NCBI GenBank assembly: GCA_964437095.1
Contig: CAYTFH010000001.1
Span: 119,072 to 183,071 of the forward strand
DNA from: an uncultured bacterium
Lineage (GTDB): Bacteria > Sysuimicrobiota > Sysuimicrobiia > Sysuimicrobiales > Sysuimicrobiaceae
Length of the DNA stretch: 64,000 bases
Reading direction: 5' to 3'
A program made the translations under genes and the position numbers. Under the pieces are notes generated by a model. The model was not told the origin of the DNA and did not search any database. It was given only the letters and a program-made list of their open reading frames with translations. Shown here piece by piece: positions 19,387-28,754 of the stretch (within the stretch, counting starts at the first letter, position 1; each line of letters begins with the position of its first letter).

Positions 19387-20250
19387 CTACGGCTTGGCGT
19401 CCACGGGTGCGGTGCGCTCGATGGGAGCCCCCACGAGGCTGCCCCACTCCGTCCAGCTGCCGTCGTAGTTCTTCACCTTCGGGTAGCCCAGCAGGTACCT
19501 CAGGGTGAACCACGTCAGGCTGCTGCGCTCCCCGATGCGGCAGTACGCGATCACGTCCTTGTCCGGCGTCACCCCATGCGACTCGTACAGCTGTCGCAGC
19601 TCCTCGGCAGGTTTGAACGTCCCGTCCTCCCGCACGTTCAACGTCCACGTGATGTTGCGGGCGCCCGGGATGTGCCCCGGCCGCTGGGCGCCTTCCTGAG
19701 GGTACGCGGGCGGGGCCAGGAGCTCGCCCGTGTACTCCTGCGGGGACCGCACGTCTACGAGAGCCAAGTTCGGGTCCTGCAGCCGCTGGAGGATCTCGTC
19801 CCGGAAGGCCCGCAGGGCGGGGTCAGGGTCCTTGGCCCGGAAGGTGGTGGGCGGGTACTGGGGTACGTCGGTGGCCAGGGGCCTTCCCTCCGCCACCCAC
19901 TTCTGCCGGCCGCCGTTCAGGATCTTCAGGTTCCCCACCCCGTAGTAGCTGAGCAGCCAGAAGGTGTACGTGGCGAACCAGTTGTTCTTATCCCCGTACA
20001 GGACGATGGTGTGCTCGTTGCCGATGCCCCGGGACCCCAGCAGGTGCTCCAGCTGCTCCCGGGAGATCCAGTCCCGCCGCACCGGGTCCTGCAGGTCCGT
20101 CTTCCAGCGGATGTGGATCGCACCCGGGATGTGTCCCTGGGCATACAGGTCCGGGTCCTCGTTGGACTCCACGATCCGCAGCCCCGGGTCCCCCAGGTGC
20201 TGCTCAAGCCACTGCGTCTCCACCAGCACGTCGGGGCGCGCGTAACCCAT
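19387..20250 (-). CDS. thiosulfate/3-mercaptopyruvate sulfurtransferase (tandem rhodanese)
   Basis: Two rhodanese domains; active-site [21 protein letters not shown] + ATG. Confidence 0.85.
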   Translation of the reverse strand: MGYARPDVLVETQWLEQHLGDPGLRIVESNEDPDLYAQGHIPGAIHIRWKTDLQDPVRRDWISREQLEHLLGSRGIGNEHTIVLYGDKNNWFATYTFWLLSYYGVGNLKILNGGRQKWVAEGRPLATDVPQYPPTTFRAKDPDPALRAFRDEILQRLQDPNLALVDVRSPQEYTGELLAPPAYPQEGAQRPGHIPGARNITWTLNVREDGTFKPAEELRQLYESHGVTPDKDVIAYCRIGERSSLTWFTLRYLLGYPKVKNYDGSWTEWGSLVGAPIERTAPVDAKP

Positions 20251-20450
20251 GCTCTCTCCCTCCTTCCGGTATGCGACTCACCGGTGCCGGGCCCTGGACA
20301 CACGGCACCCGGTGGCGACGGGGAGCGGAGACAGGGCTGGACTTCGCGGGCTAGCTAGCTCAAGGTGGGGCGCAGCGAAGGCAGACCCTGCCTCCGCCAC
20401 GGACAGATACAGCTGCGGGGTGCGTACCGGTAGCCTTTCATGCTGATCTG

Positions 20451-20479
20451 TTTGTACCACCTCACCTCCCCAGAGTCAA
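20451..20479 (-). promoter_or_regulatory. sigma-A-like promoter TTGACT-N17-TACAAA upstream of the rhodanese/thioredoxin block
   Basis: Read on the minus strand; leaves a ~180-nt leader before the rhodanese ATG. Confidence 0.35.
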
Positions 20480-20532
20480 CCAACCCCTGCCATGCGGCTT
20501 CCCGGGTCCCGCGCGGGTGGCCGGATTCAACG

Positions 20533-21282
20533 TCACCCGCCGCGGCCCGACACCAGCGCCACTAGCCCCAGGCACACGGTGGCGCCTGCCACCCAGCCCC
20601 GCAAGCGCGCGGAGCTCACCTCCCGTACGGTGCGGGTGCCCAGGGGGACTGCCAGCACCGCGCCGCCGGTCACCGCCAGCAACAGGTCCCACCTCCACGC
20701 ACCGGGGAACCACCACGCGTAGCTGGCCACGGCGGCTAGGGAAACCACGGCTTCCGCCAGGTTGGTGATGGCCACCGCGGCTTTGGGTTCAAGGCCCGAG
20801 ACGATCTGCCCGGCCGCGATGAGGGGGCCGTACCCGCCGCCCGTGAGTCCTTTGTTCACCGAGGCCAGGGCACCCAGGGCCACCAGCCGCCGCCACGAAA
20901 AGGCCCGGGCGGCGGGGCCCAGCAGCAGCCACACGCCCAGGGCCACGATCATGCCGGCCATGTAGGCCCGCACCGCACCTTCACCCACCTGCCGGGCCAG
21001 CCAGGGGCCGGCCAGGCCGCCCGCGAGGCCCGCGGCCACCAGCACCGCGGCGACCCGGCAGTGCGCGGAGTCCCGGCTGAAGGAGGCGTTGCCGTTCGCG
21101 TGGTGGAACCGGGCGCCCACCAGGCCCGCCATTACCTGGGAGAGGAGGAGGGCAGGGACCACCTCGGGGAGCCGGTAGCCCGCGGCCAGCAACAGCGGGC
21201 CCAGGACCGTGCCGTAGCCCATCCCCAGGGCCGTGTCCAGAAACCCCGCGGCGAACGCCAGGCCCACCAGCACCAACAGCAC
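20533..21282 (-). CDS. TauE/SafE-family sulfite/anion exporter
   Basis: Eight TM helices with the two-fold repeat typical of TauE; SD GGTGAGGGAGGAG + GTG. Confidence 0.7.
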   Translation of the reverse strand: MLLVLVGLAFAAGFLDTALGMGYGTVLGPLLLAAGYRLPEVVPALLLSQVMAGLVGARFHHANGNASFSRDSAHCRVAAVLVAAGLAGGLAGPWLARQVGEGAVRAYMAGMIVALGVWLLLGPAARAFSWRRLVALGALASVNKGLTGGGYGPLIAAGQIVSGLEPKAAVAITNLAEAVVSLAAVASYAWWFPGAWRWDLLLAVTGGAVLAVPLGTRTVREVSSARLRGWVAGATVCLGLVALVSGRGG

Positions 21283-21295
21283 GCAGGCTCCTCCC

Positions 21296-22048
21296 TCACC
21301 GCACGCCCTCCGCAGCGCGCACCGATGCCGTCTGGTCGCACAGGTCCACCACCCGTCCCACCACCAGCGTGGCGGGGGGTTCGAGCTGTGCTTCGGCCAC
21401 CCGGGGCGCGATGGTGCGCAGCGTCCCTACCACTACCCGCTGGTCCGGCAACGTCCCCCGGGAGATCACGGCCGCGGGCAGGTCCGGGTCGGCTCCTGCC
21501 TCCACCAGCTGCGCCACCACGTAGGCCAGCCGCCGCAGGCCCATGAGCACCACCAGGGTGGGCATGCGCGCCAGGACCGGCCAGTCCACCGCGGGGGAGA
21601 GGTCGCACGACTGGCCCGTGACCACCGCGAAGGCGGAGGCGTACGCCCGGTGGGTCACGGGGATCTCCGCGGACGCGGGGACCGCCACCGCCGCGGTGAC
21701 CCCGGGGATCACCTCGTACGGTACGCCCGCAGCCCGCAGGGCCTCCACCTCCTCACCACCACGGCCGAACACGAAGGGATCGCCTCCCTTCAGCCGCACC
21801 ACGCGGAGGCCGCGGCGGGCCCGGTCCACCAAGAGCCGCACGATCTCTTCCTGGGGAGTGCGGGGGCCGGAAGGGTGCTTGCCCGCGAAGATCCTCTCGG
21901 CCCGGACGGGTGCTTCTGCCACCAACGCAGGGTGCACGAGCCGGTCGTACACCACCACGTCGGCGGTCCGCACCGCCCGGAGTCCCCGCACGGTGATAAG
22001 CTCGGGGTCTCCGGGCCCCGCACCCACCAGGAACACCTTGCCCGTCAC
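21296..22048 (-). CDS. cobA: uroporphyrinogen-III C-methyltransferase (SUMT)
   Basis: GKVFLVGAGPGDPELIT...LKGGDPFVFGRGGEE; GTG overlaps the sirC stop. Confidence 0.85.
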   Translation of the reverse strand: MTGKVFLVGAGPGDPELITVRGLRAVRTADVVVYDRLVHPALVAEAPVRAERIFAGKHPSGPRTPQEEIVRLLVDRARRGLRVVRLKGGDPFVFGRGGEEVEALRAAGVPYEVIPGVTAAVAVPASAEIPVTHRAYASAFAVVTGQSCDLSPAVDWPVLARMPTLVVLMGLRRLAYVVAQLVEAGADPDLPAAVISRGTLPDQRVVVGTLRTIAPRVAEAQLEPPATLVVGRVVDLCDQTASVRAAEGVR

Positions 22049-22674
22049 GCCTCCTCCGCCAGCTCCGCGACCCGCTGCCGAGCCCGGTCCACGTGTCCCG
22101 CCCGCAGATCGTCCAGGACGCCGGAGTCCAAGATCCGGTACCACAGCGCCCGGCGGCGGTTGAAGTCCGGCACCCGGCGGGCCAGCTGCTCCCGGACCTC
22201 ACCCGCCAGCTCCAGGAAGGCCGCGTGCTCCGGGCCCAGCTGGGCCGCGAACCGGTCCCGGAGCCGCACCGCGAGAGCCGGCGCCTTGCCCGAGGTGCAC
22301 ACGGCCACCACGAGGTCCCCGTCCCGGTGCACCGCTGGCGCGATGAAGCTACAGTGCGCGGGGTCGTCCACGGCGTTGACCCAGATCCGCCGCTGCTGCG
22401 CTTCCTGCCACACCGCGTGGTTGGTCTTTCGGTCCTCGGGTGCGGAGATGACCAGCCACGCGCCCTCCAGGTCGCCTGGGCGGTACGGGCGGGACAGCCA
22501 CTGCAGCTTGCCCTCTGCGGCCCACGCCCGCAGCCGTTCGGTCACCTGACCGCTCACCACCACCACCTCCGCCCCGCACTCCAGCAGGGCTGCTACCTTG
22601 GCTTCCGCCACCGGGCCGCCGCCCACCACCACGCACCGCCGGACGCGCAGGTCCACGAACAGCGGGTAGTACAC
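22045..22674 (-). CDS. sirC: precorrin-2 dehydrogenase / sirohydrochlorin ferrochelatase
   Basis: YYPLFVDLRVRRCVVVGGGPVAEAKV Rossmann N-terminus typical of CysG-N/SirC. Confidence 0.75.
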   Translation of the reverse strand: MYYPLFVDLRVRRCVVVGGGPVAEAKVAALLECGAEVVVVSGQVTERLRAWAAEGKLQWLSRPYRPGDLEGAWLVISAPEDRKTNHAVWQEAQQRRIWVNAVDDPAHCSFIAPAVHRDGDLVVAVCTSGKAPALAVRLRDRFAAQLGPEHAAFLELAGEVREQLARRVPDFNRRRALWYRILDSGVLDDLRAGHVDRARQRVAELAEEA

Positions 22675-22684
22675 GGCTAGACCA

Positions 22685-22721
22685 CCCCAACAATCGCTCA
22701 AGCGATCTTTGGGGACCCCGG
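22685..22721. repeat. 37-nt palindromic repeat element, copy 2 (intergenic hemD-sirC)
   Basis: CCCCAACAATCGC-TCAA-GCGATCTTTGGGGACCCCGG; near-identical to the element inside the FMN reductase gene. Confidence 0.6.
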
Positions 22722-22756
22722 TCCCTTCAGCCGCCAGGGTCTTCCCGCACACGCTC

Positions 22757-23563
22757 CTACTCCCGGGCCCTGACCTGGTAGGCTCGCAGGGCATCCACCA
22801 GGGGAGCCATCTTCGGGTGGTCCGGGCTCACCGCCACCCGCACCCCACAGGCCTCCACGGCCGCGCGGCTTGTGGGCCCCACCGCGGCCACCACCACTCT
22901 CGTGTTGAGGGCCTCCCGCAGCGCTGCCGTGAGCCCCTCGTGTTCGGCCACCGCGAACAGGTGCAGGACCTGGGGCCGGCTGGTGACCAGCAGCGCGTCC
23001 ACTCGTCCTTCCACCACCGCGTGCGCGGCTCGCCCCAGGGGGCCGACGTCCTGGGGGAGCGCCCACCGGTACGGAAGCGCCTCCACCGCCTCGGCGCCGC
23101 GGCGGGCCAGGTAGTCCCGCAGGGCCGGGTTGGGCTCCCCGTAGTGCTGCACCAACACCCGCCGGCCCTCCAGCGGGACCGTGTCCAGGGCGCGGCACAG
23201 CTCCGCGGTGGTGTGGGGGCTGGGTGCCTGCACCTGCGGCCGCACGCCCCAGCGGCCCAGCACCGCCACCGGCTTGGGGCCCCGCACGGCCACGGGGATC
23301 TCCCGCAGAGCCTGGACGAAGGCTTCACCCAAGCCCAAGGTCACCGCGGCCTCGTACAGCCGCTGCACCCCCACGCCCGTGAGGAACACCGCCCAGTCCA
23401 CCTCCCGGGAGCACAGGCGCTGCAGGGGCTGAGCCACTTCGGACGCCGGCACCGCCACCTCCTCCACCGCGGGCGCGCACACGGGCTCCCAGCCCTGCTG
23501 CCGCACCAGGTCCGCCAGGACCTGCGGCCAGCGCGACTCCAGGACCAGCACCGTCCAGCTCAC
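22757..23563 (-). CDS. hemD: uroporphyrinogen-III synthase
   Basis: HemD-like two-lobe sequence; GTG overlaps the cysC stop (GTGA). Confidence 0.7.
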   Translation of the reverse strand: MSWTVLVLESRWPQVLADLVRQQGWEPVCAPAVEEVAVPASEVAQPLQRLCSREVDWAVFLTGVGVQRLYEAAVTLGLGEAFVQALREIPVAVRGPKPVAVLGRWGVRPQVQAPSPHTTAELCRALDTVPLEGRRVLVQHYGEPNPALRDYLARRGAEAVEALPYRWALPQDVGPLGRAAHAVVEGRVDALLVTSRPQVLHLFAVAEHEGLTAALREALNTRVVVAAVGPTSRAAVEACGVRVAVSPDHPKMAPLVDALRAYQVRARE

Positions 23564-24576
23564 GCCTCTCCCGAGCCCGCCTGCACGTACCCGCGCTCCG
23601 CGAGCAACCGGAGGACCTGCGCCGCACCCTCCTCGGGCGCGGTGCGGTGGGTGTCCACCACCAAGTCGGGGGACTCGGGCTCCTCGTACGGGTCGCTCAC
23701 CCCGGTGAAGTTGGGCACCTCGCCCCGCAGGGCGCGGGCGTACAGCCCCTTGGGGTCCCGCTGGACCAGGACCTCCAGGGGGCATCGCACGTACACCTCC
23801 AGGAAGTCGCCCACCAGCTCCCGCGCCTGCGCCCGTGCCTCCCGGTATGGGGAGATGAGGGCGACCAGGACCACCACGCCGTGGCGCACCAGCAGCCCCG
23901 CCACGTACGCCACCCGCCGCACGTTCTCCAGCCGGTCCTCCCGGGAGAACCCCAAGCCCTTCGAGAAGTGGCGGCGGACTTCGTCGCCGTCCAGCACCTC
24001 CACCGGCACGCCCTGGCCGCGGAGGGCCTCCGCCACCCGGTGCGCCAGGGTACTCTTGCCCGCTCCGGAAAGCCCCGTGAGCCACACGCACACCCCGCGC
24101 GCGGCCCGGGGACTCCCCTCCGTGGACAGGCTCTCCACCTCCACCCCGTCCGCCCGCGCCGCGAGGGTGACCACCAGGCCGTCTGCCCGCAGCGCCACGG
24201 TGTAGTCGCCGAGGGTGCGGGCAGCCACCCGCACTCCCTCCAGCCGGCGGCCGCGCAAGGCCTGCAGGGCGCGGTTGGTGGCTTCCAGCCTCGCCCGCAG
24301 CGCCTGGCCCCGCGGCGTGTGCCACAGCACCTCCGTGAGCAGCCGCTCACCCTCCGCCCGGTGCCGGCGCCGCGCGCGGCCGGTCTGCAGGGAAAGGGCC
24401 ACCGCGGACTCCACCACGTCCACGAACTCCGTCGCGAGCTCCCCGCGGCGGACGAGCTCCGCCGCTTGCACCGCGCGCTGCTGCTGTGGGTCGGGGAGGA
24501 CCTGGGCCAACGCCAGGACCTCCTCCGCCACCAGCGCCGCGGACTCCGGGTCCAGCTGCAAGGGCAACTCCGTCAC
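23560..24576 (-). CDS. cysC: adenylylsulfate kinase with ~150-aa N-terminal extension of unknown function
   Basis: C-terminal 190 aa: VWLTGLSGAGKST...DGDEVR...SPYREAR APS kinase. GTG at 24576 overlaps the cysH TGA (GTGA). Confidence 0.75.
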   Translation of the reverse strand: MTELPLQLDPESAALVAEEVLALAQVLPDPQQQRAVQAAELVRRGELATEFVDVVESAVALSLQTGRARRRHRAEGERLLTEVLWHTPRGQALRARLEATNRALQALRGRRLEGVRVAARTLGDYTVALRADGLVVTLAARADGVEVESLSTEGSPRAARGVCVWLTGLSGAGKSTLAHRVAEALRGQGVPVEVLDGDEVRRHFSKGLGFSREDRLENVRRVAYVAGLLVRHGVVVLVALISPYREARAQARELVGDFLEVYVRCPLEVLVQRDPKGLYARALRGEVPNFTGVSDPYEEPESPDLVVDTHRTAPEEGAAQVLRLLAERGYVQAGSGEA

Positions 24577-25370
24577 CGCCGGACCTCCTCCACGGCGTGC
24601 CCCAGGATGGCGTGCGCCTCGTGCTCGAACCCACCGGTCTCGATGGGGCAGTGGATGCCGCACTCCTTGGGCGCGCCCACCTCCCACCACCACCGGCCCG
24701 CGCGGTCGTCCTCGCCGGGCTGGATGGGGCGCGTGCACGGGTCGCACCCGATGCTGGTGTACCCGTGCTCGTACAGGGGGTGGGTGGGGACCCCGTGGGT
24801 GCGCAGGTACTCCCACACCTCCTCCTTGGTCCAGTCCGCCAAGGGGTTGGCCTTGACAATGCCGTCGTGGTCGTGGTCCAGCTCCACCTTGCGGATGTTG
24901 GCCCGCGACGCCCACTGCTCCCGGCGCAGGCCCGTGATCCACGCGTCCAGCTGTTCCAGGCCGCGCACCAGGGGCCGGACCTTCCGGACCTGGCAGCACA
25001 GCAGCCGCAGGGGCACGGACTTGTAGAACAGGTTCACCCCGTGCCGCTGGACCATGGCCTCCACCTCCCGGTGGTCCGGGAACAGCACCTGGAAGCGTGC
25101 GTGGGGGTAGTGCTCCCGCACCTGGTCCAGGAAGGCGTAGGTGGCCTGGGGCAGCCGTCCGGTGTCCACGGTGAGCACCCGGACGTCCGGGCGGATCCGG
25201 GTGGCCATGTCCAGGATGGCCATCCCTTCCGCCTGCAAGGCGGTCACCACCGCCACTCGGTCGCCGAAGGTGTCCAGGGCCCAGGCGATGACCTCCTGGG
25301 GCTCCCGGTCATCGAGCTCCACCGCGATCTCGCCGATCTCCAGGTCGTCGAACACCACCGTCCGCGCCAT
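24573..25370 (-). CDS. cysH: phosphoadenosine phosphosulfate / APS reductase (thioredoxin-dependent, C-terminal Cys cluster)
   Basis: PAPS_reduct fold, C-terminal CC...ECGIHC cluster; strong SD GGAGGAGGGAGG + ATG. Confidence 0.85.
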   Translation of the reverse strand: MARTVVFDDLEIGEIAVELDDREPQEVIAWALDTFGDRVAVVTALQAEGMAILDMATRIRPDVRVLTVDTGRLPQATYAFLDQVREHYPHARFQVLFPDHREVEAMVQRHGVNLFYKSVPLRLLCCQVRKVRPLVRGLEQLDAWITGLRREQWASRANIRKVELDHDHDGIVKANPLADWTKEEVWEYLRTHGVPTHPLYEHGYTSIGCDPCTRPIQPGEDDRAGRWWWEVGAPKECGIHCPIETGGFEHEAHAILGHAVEEVRR

Positions 25371-25435
25371 GCCTCCCTCCTCCGCCTTGGACCATCCCGG
25401 TCGTGGTGCTTTCGGGCGGTTCTTCGGACCCGCTC

Positions 25436-27358
25436 CTAGCCCGCGCCTCCCGACAGGGCGGGCAGGATGGTGAGTTCCTCGCCGGGCCGCAGGGGCGCGT
25501 CCAGGCCTCCTAGGCCCCGCACGTCCTCCTCGCCCACGAACAGGTTGATGCTGGGGTGCACGCCGCCGTCCGGCGCCAGCACGTGGGCCACCAGCTCCGG
25601 GTACTGTCGCCTGAGCGCCTCCAGAGCCTCCCGCACCGTGCGGGCGTCCACCTCCACCCGGTCCGCGCCCCCGCTGTAGGGCAGCAGCATGCCGGGGATT
25701 CGCACCACCGGGCGGCGCGGCGTCTCCTCTTCCCGTACCGCCTCGCCCAGGGCCAGGGCCCGCAGCTGGTCGTCCGTGCGGGCGTCCACGAAGTCCCGGA
25801 AGGTGCAGCCACCCTCCCGCTGCGCCCGCTCCCGCAGCCAGCCCTCCACCAGCCGGCAGACCACCTCCGTGATCCGGTCCTCCGGGATGCGGCGCAAAAG
25901 GGGCTTCCCGATGGCGGCCCGGGTGCCCAACCCGCCTCGCAGGCACACGTCGTAGGCCTCCACCCGCACGCCCTTCTCCGGGTGCACCACGGTGGTGCCC
26001 TGCAGGCCGATGTCCCCCACCCAGTGGTGGGCGCAGGCGTGGGGGCAGCCGTCGGTGTAGATCCGCAGGTCCGCCACCGCTTCCCCGAAGCGCCGCTCGA
26101 GCTCCTCCAGGATCTCCTTGAGCTTGCCCTTGGTCTCCGCCACGGAGTAGTTGCAGAACCGGTGGTCGGTGCACGCGGTGGATCGGCCGTACACCGGGTT
26201 GCGGGAGGGGTCCAGCCCCATGCGGGCGAGCTCCCGGCGCACCTCCTGCACCCGCTCCTCGGGAACCCCCGTGACGATGAGGTTCTGCATGCGGGTGAAC
26301 CGCACGTCCCCTCCGAAGGACCCCACCAGCTCCCCCAGGGCCACCAGCTGGCCACCCGTGATCCAGCCCATGGGCACGGGCACGCCCACGTACACCAGCC
26401 CCGGCTGCTTCTGCGGGTGCACGCCCAAATGGTCGGTGTCGTGGGTGGGCTCCGGCGCACGGCCATCCGCCAGCCGCCGGCCCAGGCGGGCTTCCACCCG
26501 AGCCCGTACGCCCTCGGGGCCGTAGTCGTCCACCATGAACTTGATGCGGGCCTTGGCGCGGCTGAGGCGGTAGCGCAGGTCGTCCTGCCACGTATCCGTC
26601 ACCGCCCGCAGCACCTCCACCACGCCCTCCACGGGCTCTGCGGGCACGAACACCCCCAGATCCCGGCTCAGGCGGGGCGTGGCGGAAAGCCCCCCGCCCA
26701 CCCGCACCGCGAACCCGGGGACCCCGTCCAGCACCACGCCCACCAGGGCCACGTCGTGGATCTCCGGAGCGTTGCACTGGGCGGGGCAGGCGCTGATGGT
26801 GTACTTGTGCTTGCGGGGGAGGTTGCTGTAGGCGCGGTTGCCGTAGAAGAACCGCGCCACCGCTTCTACCACGGGCCGCACGTCGAACAGCTCCGCCCGG
26901 TCCACGCCCGCCACCGGGCAGCTGGTCACGTTGCGTACCGTATCCCCTTCCCCGCCCACGGTGGTGAGTCCCGTGGCCTGCACCGCGGCCAGCACCTCCG
27001 GCAGCTGCTCCAGCCGGACCCAGTGGAGCTGAATCCCCTGGCGGGTGGTGAGCTCGCCGTAGTTGCGCCCGTACCGCCGGGCGATCTCGCCCACCCCTAC
27101 CAGCTGCGCCGGGGTAATGCGGCCTCCGGGCACCTTGATGCGCACCATGAAGGTCCCCACCTTGGGCTTGTCGTGGGTGAGGCCCCACCAGTTGAGGCGC
27201 ACGATGTCCTCCTCCGGGATGGCCTCATACCCCCGCGCGATGAGGCTTGGGAGCTCGTCCACGATGTCCAGGGGGAACTTCTCCTGCTTGAGCCGCTCGA
27301 TGGAGTTCCGCTTCAGCACCAACTCCCAGGTGGGCTCCAAGGTCACCGTCTGTGCCAT
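25436..27358 (-). CDS. sir: ferredoxin-dependent sulfite reductase (NirA/SirA type) fused to C-terminal CysO/MoaD-like sulfur-carrier domain (ends ...SGGAG)
   Basis: Two NIR_SIR ferredoxin-like and 4Fe-4S/siroheme domains (TDGCPHACAHH). Final ~88 aa RIPGMLLPYSGGADRVEV...SINLFVGEEDVRGLGGLDAPLRPGEELTILPALSGG+AG resemble M. tuberculosis CysO. Confidence 0.8.
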   Translation of the reverse strand: MAQTVTLEPTWELVLKRNSIERLKQEKFPLDIVDELPSLIARGYEAIPEEDIVRLNWWGLTHDKPKVGTFMVRIKVPGGRITPAQLVGVGEIARRYGRNYGELTTRQGIQLHWVRLEQLPEVLAAVQATGLTTVGGEGDTVRNVTSCPVAGVDRAELFDVRPVVEAVARFFYGNRAYSNLPRKHKYTISACPAQCNAPEIHDVALVGVVLDGVPGFAVRVGGGLSATPRLSRDLGVFVPAEPVEGVVEVLRAVTDTWQDDLRYRLSRAKARIKFMVDDYGPEGVRARVEARLGRRLADGRAPEPTHDTDHLGVHPQKQPGLVYVGVPVPMGWITGGQLVALGELVGSFGGDVRFTRMQNLIVTGVPEERVQEVRRELARMGLDPSRNPVYGRSTACTDHRFCNYSVAETKGKLKEILEELERRFGEAVADLRIYTDGCPHACAHHWVGDIGLQGTTVVHPEKGVRVEAYDVCLRGGLGTRAAIGKPLLRRIPEDRITEVVCRLVEGWLRERAQREGGCTFRDFVDARTDDQLRALALGEAVREEETPRRPVVRIPGMLLPYSGGADRVEVDARTVREALEALRRQYPELVAHVLAPDGGVHPSINLFVGEEDVRGLGGLDAPLRPGEELTILPALSGGAG

Positions 27359-27373
27359 CCCCCTCCCCTCCCT

Positions 27374-28534
27374 TCAGCCGGCCTGCTCCGCGGGCGGGGC
27401 CGCGAAGTACGTCCGCAACACCTCCGCCACCTCGGGCCGCATCACCTGTGGGGGCGGCAGCTGGCCGCTTCGCAGGAGCTTGCGCACCCAGGTCCCGCTG
27501 GGGTTCACCCGCGCGTCCGCGGGGTGAGGGCAGCTGCGCTCGGTGGCCATGCCGTCGCACCGGCGGCAGTAGAACGCCTCCCCGAAGAACACCGGGGTAA
27601 TCCCCAGTTCGGCCGCGTCGAAGCGGTCGAAGATGCGGTGCGCCGCGTACGGGTCGTAGAACCCGCCCACGCCCGCGTGGTCCCGCCCGATGAGGATGTG
27701 GGTGCACCCGTAGTTCTTGCGGACCACCGCGTGGAACACCGCCTCCCGCGGCCCCGCGTAGCGCATGGCGGCGGGGAACACCGCCAGGAGCACGCGGTCC
27801 TTGGGGTAGTACAGGTCCACCAACACCTCGTACGCCCGCATGCGCACGTCCGCGGGCACGTCGTCCTTTTTGGTCTCCCCCACCAGGGGGTGCAGGAACA
27901 GCCCGTCCGTGGTCTCCAGGGCGACCTTGTGCAGGTACTCGTGGGCGCGGTGGATGGGGTTACGGGTCTGGAAGGCCGTCACCGTCCGCCACCCGGCCCG
28001 CTGGAACCGCTCCCGGGTCTGGGCTGGGTCCAGCTCCCGGTCCGCCCACGGACCCCGGGGCCGGTCCACCAGCCACACCGGCCCCGCCACGGCCCACGGG
28101 GACTCCTGCAGGAGCCGCGCCACGCCCGGGTGCGCAGGGTCCGTGGTGCCGAACACCCATTGCGCTTCCTCTTCCAGGTCCCGCCGGTAGACCTCCGTGA
28201 CCTCCACCACCGCCAGAAGACCCTGCCCCCGCACGGCCAGCCGGTCCCCGCGGCCGAGCTGCCGCGCGCGGTCCGCGGGCAGCTGCAGGGTCACGGGGAT
28301 GGTCCACGGCAGGCCTCCAGGCAGCCGCAGGGTGTACAGCACCGACCGGTACGTCTCCCGGTCCATGAAGCCCTCGAGCGGACTGTACGCACCGGTGGCC
28401 AGCAGGACCGCGTCCGCGGCCTCCTTGGCGCTGGTCAGCACGCACGGCAGCCGTTGCGCTTCCGCTCTCCATGCGTCCGCTTGTTTGCCATCCACCACCC
28501 GGTGCACCAAGCGACCCCCGTGGGGTGCGACCAT
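27374..28534 (-). CDS. sat: sulfate adenylyltransferase (ATP sulfurylase)
   Basis: QTRNPIHRAHE and GRDHAGVG motifs; SD GGGAGGTG + ATG. Confidence 0.9.
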   Translation of the reverse strand: MVAPHGGRLVHRVVDGKQADAWRAEAQRLPCVLTSAKEAADAVLLATGAYSPLEGFMDRETYRSVLYTLRLPGGLPWTIPVTLQLPADRARQLGRGDRLAVRGQGLLAVVEVTEVYRRDLEEEAQWVFGTTDPAHPGVARLLQESPWAVAGPVWLVDRPRGPWADRELDPAQTRERFQRAGWRTVTAFQTRNPIHRAHEYLHKVALETTDGLFLHPLVGETKKDDVPADVRMRAYEVLVDLYYPKDRVLLAVFPAAMRYAGPREAVFHAVVRKNYGCTHILIGRDHAGVGGFYDPYAAHRIFDRFDAAELGITPVFFGEAFYCRRCDGMATERSCPHPADARVNPSGTWVRKLLRSGQLPPPQVMRPEVAEVLRTYFAAPPAEQAG

Positions 28535-28725
28535 AGCACACCTCCCACGCGCTCGCCCATGCGCTGCGCGGCGCGTCGTTCGTCTTGGAACCTTGGCTAG
28601 GGAAAAACCGGAAGCCGCGGAAGGAGCCCCGCCCGGTTCAGGCCAGGGCTACCTCCCGCCGAGGACAGATGCACTGCCGAGGGCGGGCCAGCAGGAGCGG
28701 ACGTACGACTCCGGACTCCATGGCT

Positions 28726-28754
28726 TCGCGTGACACTTTAGCCCCGCGGACGTG
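28726..28754 (-). promoter_or_regulatory. sigma-A-like promoter TTGACG-N17-TAAAGT upstream of the sat operon (~190-nt leader)
   Basis: Read on the minus strand. Leader 28535-28719 contains a GGTTTTTCC tract after GC-rich sequence. Confidence 0.4.

Noticed and set aside
20500-20532. GGATTCAAC-like sequence that could suggest a tRNA T-arm
   Set aside because: No acceptor, D- or anticodon-arm pairing found around it. It lies in the leader/3' region of protein genes.
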